Below are positions 58,492 through 64,000 of a DNA stretch of 64,000 bases, piece by piece; position 1 is the stretch's first letter; each line of letters starts with the position of its first letter. This DNA comes from Candidatus Spechtbacterales bacterium. Lineage in GTDB: Bacteria; Patescibacteriota; Minisyncoccia; Spechtbacterales; 2-12-FULL-38-22. Under the pieces are notes generated by a model. That model searched no databases. It saw nothing but the letters and a program-made list of their open reading frames with translations, and was not told the origin of the DNA. The stretch is taken from positions 8,501-72,500 of the forward strand of contig JBBDXP010000012.1 of NCBI GenBank assembly GCA_040902285.1, written 5' to 3'. A program made the translations under genes and the position numbers.

Positions 58492-58508
58492 TTTGCGAAG
58501 CAAAAATT

Positions 58509-59615
58509 ATGAAAGTTGCGTTAGTCCACGATTATTTAATCCAATACGGAGGAGCGGAAAGGGTTCTTGAAGAGTTTGCGTATATGTTTCCCAAGGCTCC
58601 TATCTATACATTGGTTTATGATGAAAAAGCGACAGGAAGAGCTTTCAAGGGCCGGGATATACGAACTTCTTTTCTTCAAAAAATCCCGCGCCGCGCATCT
58701 TCTTACAAATTTTTTCCTCTCATTATGCCTATGGCTGTAGAAAGTTTTGATCTTTCGGATTATGACCTTGTGCTTTCCAGTTCAGCCAGTTTCGCCAAAG
58801 GAGTCATAACAAGAGAAAAGTCCACGCACATATCGTATTGCCATAGCCCCATGCGGTATGCCTGGTTGGATTATAAAAAAATAACAGGGGACACTTTGTA
58901 TCCTTCTTATCTGGAAAAATTGATCCCCCTTATAATGCCGTATATGAGGATATGGGACAGACAAAGCGCTCAAAGACCCGACTACATAATAACCAATTCC
59001 AATTTTATACGCAGAAAACTTAAAAAATATTATTCAAGGGATGCAGTCGTTGTATATCCTCCTTTAAACTTCGAAAAATTCTACATATCAGCGCCTAAAG
59101 ATTATTTTTTGGTCGTGGGCCGAATGGTTCCGTACAAAAGATTCGATGTGGCCATAAAAGCGTTCAATGATTTAAAACTTCCGCTAAAAATAATAGGAAC
59201 AGGTCCCGAGTATAAAAAATTAAAATCCATTGCCGGTCCCAATATAGAATTTCTCGGTCTTGTTTCGGAAAAGGATTTGGCCAGGCACTATTCCGAAGCA
59301 AGGGCGTTTGTGTTTCCACAGGAAGAGGATTTTGGCATTACGGCCATTGAAAGCATGGCTTCCGGCAGGCCGGTTATAGCTTACGGCAGCGGAGGGGCCC
59401 TGGAGAGCGTAAAAGAGGGAGAAACAGGTATATTTTTCCAAGAAAGAAGCGCGGAATCCCTTAAAGAGGCAGTTAAAAAATTTGAAAATATGGATTTTGA
59501 CCCACAAAAAATAAGAAAGCATGCTGAAAAATTTGATACAATATACTTTAGACGCCAAATTGCGGATTTTATTTTGCAAAAAATAAAAGAATCAAGAAAA
59601 TTAATAAGAACTTAA
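58509..59615 (+). CDS. GT4 glycosyltransferase
   Basis: HDYLIQYGGAERVL, YCHSPMRYAW, EDFGITAIE. Confidence 0.93.
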   Translation: MKVALVHDYLIQYGGAERVLEEFAYMFPKAPIYTLVYDEKATGRAFKGRDIRTSFLQKIPRRASSYKFFPLIMPMAVESFDLSDYDLVLSSSASFAKGVITREKSTHISYCHSPMRYAWLDYKKITGDTLYPSYLEKLIPLIMPYMRIWDRQSAQRPDYIITNSNFIRRKLKKYYSRDAVVVYPPLNFEKFYISAPKDYFLVVGRMVPYKRFDVAIKAFNDLKLPLKIIGTGPEYKKLKSIAGPNIEFLGLVSEKDLARHYSEARAFVFPQEEDFGITAIESMASGRPVIAYGSGGALESVKEGETGIFFQERSAESLKEAVKKFENMDFDPQKIRKHAEKFDTIYFRRQIADFILQKIKESRKLIRT

Positions 59616-59622
59616 GGATTCA

Positions 59623-59740
59623 TCCCGTTAGTGACCGCGGTCACGGTATGTCGCTAAATAGGGATTTGTGAGAAATAAATATTAATTAAATCGTCAGGCG
59701 CGTTCGAGATATTATTGATCGCGACCTGTCACTAACGGGA
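59623..59740 (+). mobile_element. Family A divergent copy A5 at the start codon of the second GT4 gene
   Basis: TCCCGTTAGTGAC/GTCACTAACGGGA ends; flanks TTCA/TGAA are inverted rather than direct; 118 bp. Confidence 0.75.
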
Positions 59741-60888
59741 TGAAAATAGCTATAGACGTACGTGCGCTCCAAGGTTCGAAATATGGAGGAGTTTCCGAGT
59801 ATATACGAAATTTATTGCCTGCCATGTTCACGCAAGCGCCCCATCACGAATTTGTATTATTTACCAACTCCAAAAATCCCCAGAACAATCTCGGGGGTCT
59901 TTTGGAATATCCCAATGTGCGTCTTAAATTTTTCAGATATCCCAATAAATTATTTACCTTCTCATGCCGTTTTTTGAATTTACCCAAACTCGACAATATG
60001 GTTGGCGGGGCGGATGTGTTTTTTAGTCCCCATATTCTTCCCGCTCCGGTGTCGTCTGCTTGCCCGAAAGTTACCACTTTTCACGATATATCATTTGAAT
60101 ATTTCAAAGATTTTTTCGATGTCCGCCGCCGTTTATGGCATAAATATATCTCTCCCAAAAAACAAGCTCTTTCTTCACAAAAAATAATTACTGTTTCCGA
60201 ATCAACCAAAAATGACCTCGAAAATTCATACTCAGTCCCACAAAACAAAATAAGCGTGGTGTATTCGGGAATAAACACGGAATTAATGGATGCGGGCAAT
60301 TTGGACTGGCACAGCGTTAAAAATAAATACGGCATAGCAGATAAATATATACTCTCTTTAGGCACTGTTGAGCCGAGAAAAAACATAACAGGCCTTGTGG
60401 AAGCGTTTCATGTTCTTACACAAGATCCAAAATTTAAAGATCTTCAATTGGTTGTTGCCGGAAGTTTCGGATGGTCTTACAGAAAAATAATAGCCGAGGC
60501 GCGCGCTCATTACGGTTATAGCAATATATATTTTATTGGTCCCGTGGCAGATAATGAAAAAGCTGTGCTATACAAAAACGCTTTGTTATTTGTTTATCCC
60601 AGTTTGTACGAAGGTTTCGGTTTTCCTCCTTTGGAGGCCATGTATGCGGGAACACCGGTGATTGTTTCCGGAATTACATCTCTTCCCGAAGTGGTGGGCG
60701 ATGCCGGAGTTTTGGTAAATCCGTACAGCCCGGCCGATATCGCATCCGGAATGAAAGAGGTGCTTGAAGATGATGCCTTGCGCGAAATTTATATATCCCG
60801 CGGAAAAAAGAGAGTTCAAAAATTCTCATGGGATGATACCGCAAAAAAAACTTTGAAAATTTTGGAAAATTGTGTCCAAGGAGTGTGA
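59740..60888 (+). CDS. GT4 glycosyltransferase (MtfB-like)
   Basis: TFHD, EPRKN, YPSLYEGFGFPPLEAM. Confidence 0.93.
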   Translation: MKIAIDVRALQGSKYGGVSEYIRNLLPAMFTQAPHHEFVLFTNSKNPQNNLGGLLEYPNVRLKFFRYPNKLFTFSCRFLNLPKLDNMVGGADVFFSPHILPAPVSSACPKVTTFHDISFEYFKDFFDVRRRLWHKYISPKKQALSSQKIITVSESTKNDLENSYSVPQNKISVVYSGINTELMDAGNLDWHSVKNKYGIADKYILSLGTVEPRKNITGLVEAFHVLTQDPKFKDLQLVVAGSFGWSYRKIIAEARAHYGYSNIYFIGPVADNEKAVLYKNALLFVYPSLYEGFGFPPLEAMYAGTPVIVSGITSLPEVVGDAGVLVNPYSPADIASGMKEVLEDDALREIYISRGKKRVQKFSWDDTAKKTLKILENCVQGV

Positions 60889-60933
60889 GATACAGACACT
60901 CCTAAAGCCGTCTATCATGCTATACTATAAATA

Positions 60934-63630
60934 ATGGGTATGGGAAAAATAAATAAAAAAGAGAAGTTTTCTAAACCCCTTGATCTCAATGCTTCGGCAA
61001 AAGGCGCTTCTGGGCGCGACCGTTTTTGGCGAAAGCATATAGATTCCACAGTTGTGGATTTACGCAAGATAAGGGCAAGCGCTTCTAACAAAAAAACTGT
61101 AAAAGCCCAAAAGGAAAAGAAAGAAAAAAAACCGCCCTCGAGGCGCGTGAATCGGCAGGTAGCTCCGGCCAAAAAGCGCGTGTCTAAAAATTCGGACAGG
61201 CGTCTGCCCATGCGAGTTGATGTGTTAAGCCAAGACGAAATTTTACGCCAAATATCGGAAGTGGAAATGCAAGATGTGCTTATAGAGCAGGGCTTTACAA
61301 ATCTGCAAAAAAACCTGGTGGAACTTGCTGCAATGCCCTCGGCGCCTATAACCCCTCAACAAGAATCTTTTTCTAATATCGCGGATGACCAAAATCAGAA
61401 TAAAAAAGCTATCGCGCCGAAAGTCAAAATAAATCTTATACCGCCGACCATACAAACAGCCGATTTAAAAATGCCCCCCAAATCTCCGGTTTCCCAAAAA
61501 GAGCCGGTTAAGGTTGTTAAAGAACGTCTTGTTCGTATTCCCGAAAATCTCCCTATTTATGTGGAAGAAAAACCGCGCCCGATTCCCGAAAAACAACTTA
61601 AAAAATTTGCGCTTCGCGATAATTATAGTAAACGAGATCCTTGGCTAAGGAATCGCCGCCCTATAGATAATTTGTCTAGGCATCGCGCGAAAAAAATCAA
61701 AACACTTGTTTTTGCCGTGTTTACACTTTTTATAGCAGGTTCGGCGCTTATTTCTTTCAAAGCGGTGGCTTTTCAGGAAGAAGCTACAATAAGAGCGGAA
61801 AAGGCCTATTCTTATATGAATTCCGGTAAAAACGCTCTTGAGAAACTGGAAACCGATGAAGCAAAGGAGTATTTTCTAAAGGCGGAAGATGAATTTACGG
61901 CAATAGAAGAGGGGTTTGGATTTCTTCCCGTTCAAACTCTTAACCTTGCCACGGTATTTCCTTTTCAGTCCAAATTTTCTTCGGCCGCGCATCTTATCAA
62001 AGCCGGCAAACAATTTTCAAAGGCCGGATACGAAATAGCAAGCGCTCTTGCGTCTCTGAAGCGTCTTCCTTCCGGTAGCGGCTCTATTCAAGAACAATCT
62101 AACTTTACAGACAATCTTGTAATAGCAAGCACGCATATAAAGGAGGCCAAAAACTATATATCAGGCGCCGAATCTCATCTAAGCCGCGTAAGGCCGGAAG
62201 ATGTACCGGCCAGTTTTGAGGGGGAAATTTTAAATCTTCAAAATTATAGCGGGTATGTGGAAGAATTGTTTGACGAAGCGTTATCTTCTTTAGATGTTTT
62301 GCTTTCTTTTTTGGGGCACCAGGAAGAGAAGGTTTATATGATTGCTTTCCAAAATTCAAGCGAACTTAGAGCAACCGGAGGTTTTATGGGAACGTACGGC
62401 CTTTTGTATCTCAACAAGGGCTCTATAAAAGAACTGAACATAGACGGAATATATAATCCGGATGGCCAATTATCGGTAAACATAATACCCCCGAAGCCAT
62501 TGCAGTATGTAACGCCTAATTTTGGGACAAGGGACGCCAACTGGTTCTTCGATTTTCCATTATCGGCTGAAAAGATAATGGAGATGTTTATTAAAACCGG
62601 CGGCCCCGAATCTGACGGAGTAATAGGCATTACACCGTCCATAGTTGAAAATCTTTTGCGCTTAACCGGTCCGATAGAAATGCCCGAGTACGGCGTTACG
62701 TTGGATGCCAATAATTTCTTAGAACTTGTGCAGCAGGAAGTCGAGCAGGATTATGACCGCGAGCTCAACCGCCCAAAGCAGATACTAACGGATCTGGCGC
62801 CCATACTTTTAGAAAAACTTGAAAAATCCGATAAACAAATAGAAGTACTAAACATATTATTTGAGGGTCTGGGTTACAAAGATATAATGCTTTATTCGAA
62901 AGATAAAAATGTCCAAAAATTTTTGGAAGAAAAGAATTGGGACGGCGGAATTGAAATGGCGCGCTCTTCAGAATCAGTGATAAACGATTATTTGGCGGTG
63001 GTATTTAGCAATATAGGCGGATGGAAAACAGACAGGTACATGGATACAGAAGTAGACACGGTTACCGAAATAGACGACAACGGCGATATAATAAGAACTG
63101 TCATAATATCGCGCAGGCACAACGGCGGTTCAACTCCTTACAAATGGTACAACAGGCCGAATTACGGATACATGAGAATTTATGTTCCCGAAGGTTCCGA
63201 GCTACTATCGGCGGAAGGATTTTCTGAAGAGCCGGATTATATAAATACCAATTACGCCAAAGAAAGATATGTTATAGATCCGATGGTCGCTCAAATAGAA
63301 ACAACTCTTTACAAACATAACGAATCTAATACGGATATTTTTGTGGAATCCGAAAAAACGGTTTTTGGAAACTGGATGCTAGTTCCCGCCGGTGAGAGAA
63401 AATTCGCGCAGATAAAATACAAATTACCCCAAAAAGCGAATCTTAAAGTTATGTCGTATAATTTGACTATACAAAAACAAAGCGGATTGCCCGTCGATTA
63501 CTCGGGTTCCGTAGAAGGACTTAAAGATTTTTTGGGCATAAAAAATTGCTGGCTTGAAGGCAAGCCGCTATTTTCGGACAATCAGTTTGCATTTTTTCAG
63601 ACAAATGATAAAGATATAAGTTGCAGATAG
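60934..63630 (+). CDS. DUF4012-like membrane protein with low-complexity N-terminus
   Basis: FQNSSELRATGGFMG, RDANWFFDFP, DGVIGI, NIGGWKTD, YMRIYVP. Confidence 0.8.
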   Translation: MGMGKINKKEKFSKPLDLNASAKGASGRDRFWRKHIDSTVVDLRKIRASASNKKTVKAQKEKKEKKPPSRRVNRQVAPAKKRVSKNSDRRLPMRVDVLSQDEILRQISEVEMQDVLIEQGFTNLQKNLVELAAMPSAPITPQQESFSNIADDQNQNKKAIAPKVKINLIPPTIQTADLKMPPKSPVSQKEPVKVVKERLVRIPENLPIYVEEKPRPIPEKQLKKFALRDNYSKRDPWLRNRRPIDNLSRHRAKKIKTLVFAVFTLFIAGSALISFKAVAFQEEATIRAEKAYSYMNSGKNALEKLETDEAKEYFLKAEDEFTAIEEGFGFLPVQTLNLATVFPFQSKFSSAAHLIKAGKQFSKAGYEIASALASLKRLPSGSGSIQEQSNFTDNLVIASTHIKEAKNYISGAESHLSRVRPEDVPASFEGEILNLQNYSGYVEELFDEALSSLDVLLSFLGHQEEKVYMIAFQNSSELRATGGFMGTYGLLYLNKGSIKELNIDGIYNPDGQLSVNIIPPKPLQYVTPNFGTRDANWFFDFPLSAEKIMEMFIKTGGPESDGVIGITPSIVENLLRLTGPIEMPEYGVTLDANNFLELVQQEVEQDYDRELNRPKQILTDLAPILLEKLEKSDKQIEVLNILFEGLGYKDIMLYSKDKNVQKFLEEKNWDGGIEMARSSESVINDYLAVVFSNIGGWKTDRYMDTEVDTVTEIDDNGDIIRTVIISRRHNGGSTPYKWYNRPNYGYMRIYVPEGSELLSAEGFSEEPDYINTNYAKERYVIDPMVAQIETTLYKHNESNTDIFVESEKTVFGNWMLVPAGERKFAQIKYKLPQKANLKVMSYNLTIQKQSGLPVDYSGSVEGLKDFLGIKNCWLEGKPLFSDNQFAFFQTNDKDISCR

Positions 63631-63635
63631 GTTTA

Positions 63636-64000
63636 ATGAGATTTTCCATTCTTAACACTTCAACCCGCTCCGTCACCGGAGCGGCGTTAATACTTGCGGC
63701 ATCAGTTTTAGTGAGCCGTTTTTTGGGTTTGATTCGCGATAGAATATTGGCCGGAATTTTTGGGGCAGGCATAGAGTTGGATACTTATTTTGCCGCCTTC
63801 CGTATTCCCGACCTTATATATAGCGTTATTATAGGCGGAGCCATAACAAGCGCTTTTATACCCGTTTTTATAAATAAACTTTCCAAGGATGAAGAAAACG
63901 CCTGGAAAGTGGCTCAATCGTTTTTTTATATAGCGGGTATCGGTCTTGGCGGCATATCGCTTGTTATGTTTTTGTTAATGCCTCTTGTGATGCCGTTGGT
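63636..64000 (+). CDS. murJ: Lipid II flippase MurJ (runs off the window)
   Basis: SRFLGLIRDRILAGIFGAG..LDTYFAAFRIPD..SAFIP. Confidence 0.92.
   Translation, partial: MRFSILNTSTRSVTGAALILAASVLVSRFLGLIRDRILAGIFGAGIELDTYFAAFRIPDLIYSVIIGGAITSAFIPVFINKLSKDEENAWKVAQSFFYIAGIGLGGISLVMFLLMPLVMPL

Noticed and set aside
4937-59740. Family A or the heptamer repeats as a CRISPR array
   Set aside because: Copies are dispersed over 55 kb with no repeat-spacer periodicity, and there are no cas genes.
1179-63917. Numerous antisense and alternate-frame ORFs in the track
   Set aside because: They are shadows of confidently identified genes.
1-64000. TGA recoding (code 25) or selenocysteine
   Set aside because: TGA ends conserved genes such as lysA, tpiA, rplV and rplX at expected positions, and no gene needs read-through.

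Overview
This 64-kb window is a gene-dense chromosomal segment with almost all genes on the + strand. It most likely comes from a Patescibacteria/CPR (Parcubacteria-like) bacterium using genetic code 11. Evidence: the spc cluster lacks rpmD (L30), PyrH is archaeal-type, comEC is split, and Shine-Dalgarno sites are scarce. The window carries ftsZ, a class II RNR, comEC, ndk, mutM, pyrH, a dapB-dapA-lysA-dapL cluster, envelope and peptidase genes, tRNA-Pro(GGG), the str/S10/spc ribosomal cluster through secY-adk-map, galT, tpiA-pgk, recJ-rnhA, a long RNase P RNA and the start of a polysaccharide locus ending in murJ. No transposase, integrase, cas gene or CRISPR array is visible. The most striking content is intergenic. 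(A) Five 114-118 bp elements with TCCCGTTAG...CTAACGGGA ends all sit exactly at a start codon. In four of them ATGAR is duplicated, so the start codon is regenerated, a short upstream ORF is created, and in two cases a stop/start ATGA overlap is split. (B) Three elements share an internal core but have unrelated terminal stems. (C) Several other palindromic or heptamer-repeat cassettes, a duplication of the tRNA 3' end, an expanded RNase P RNA and a candidate ncRNA. All calls come from reading the sequence; no searches were run.
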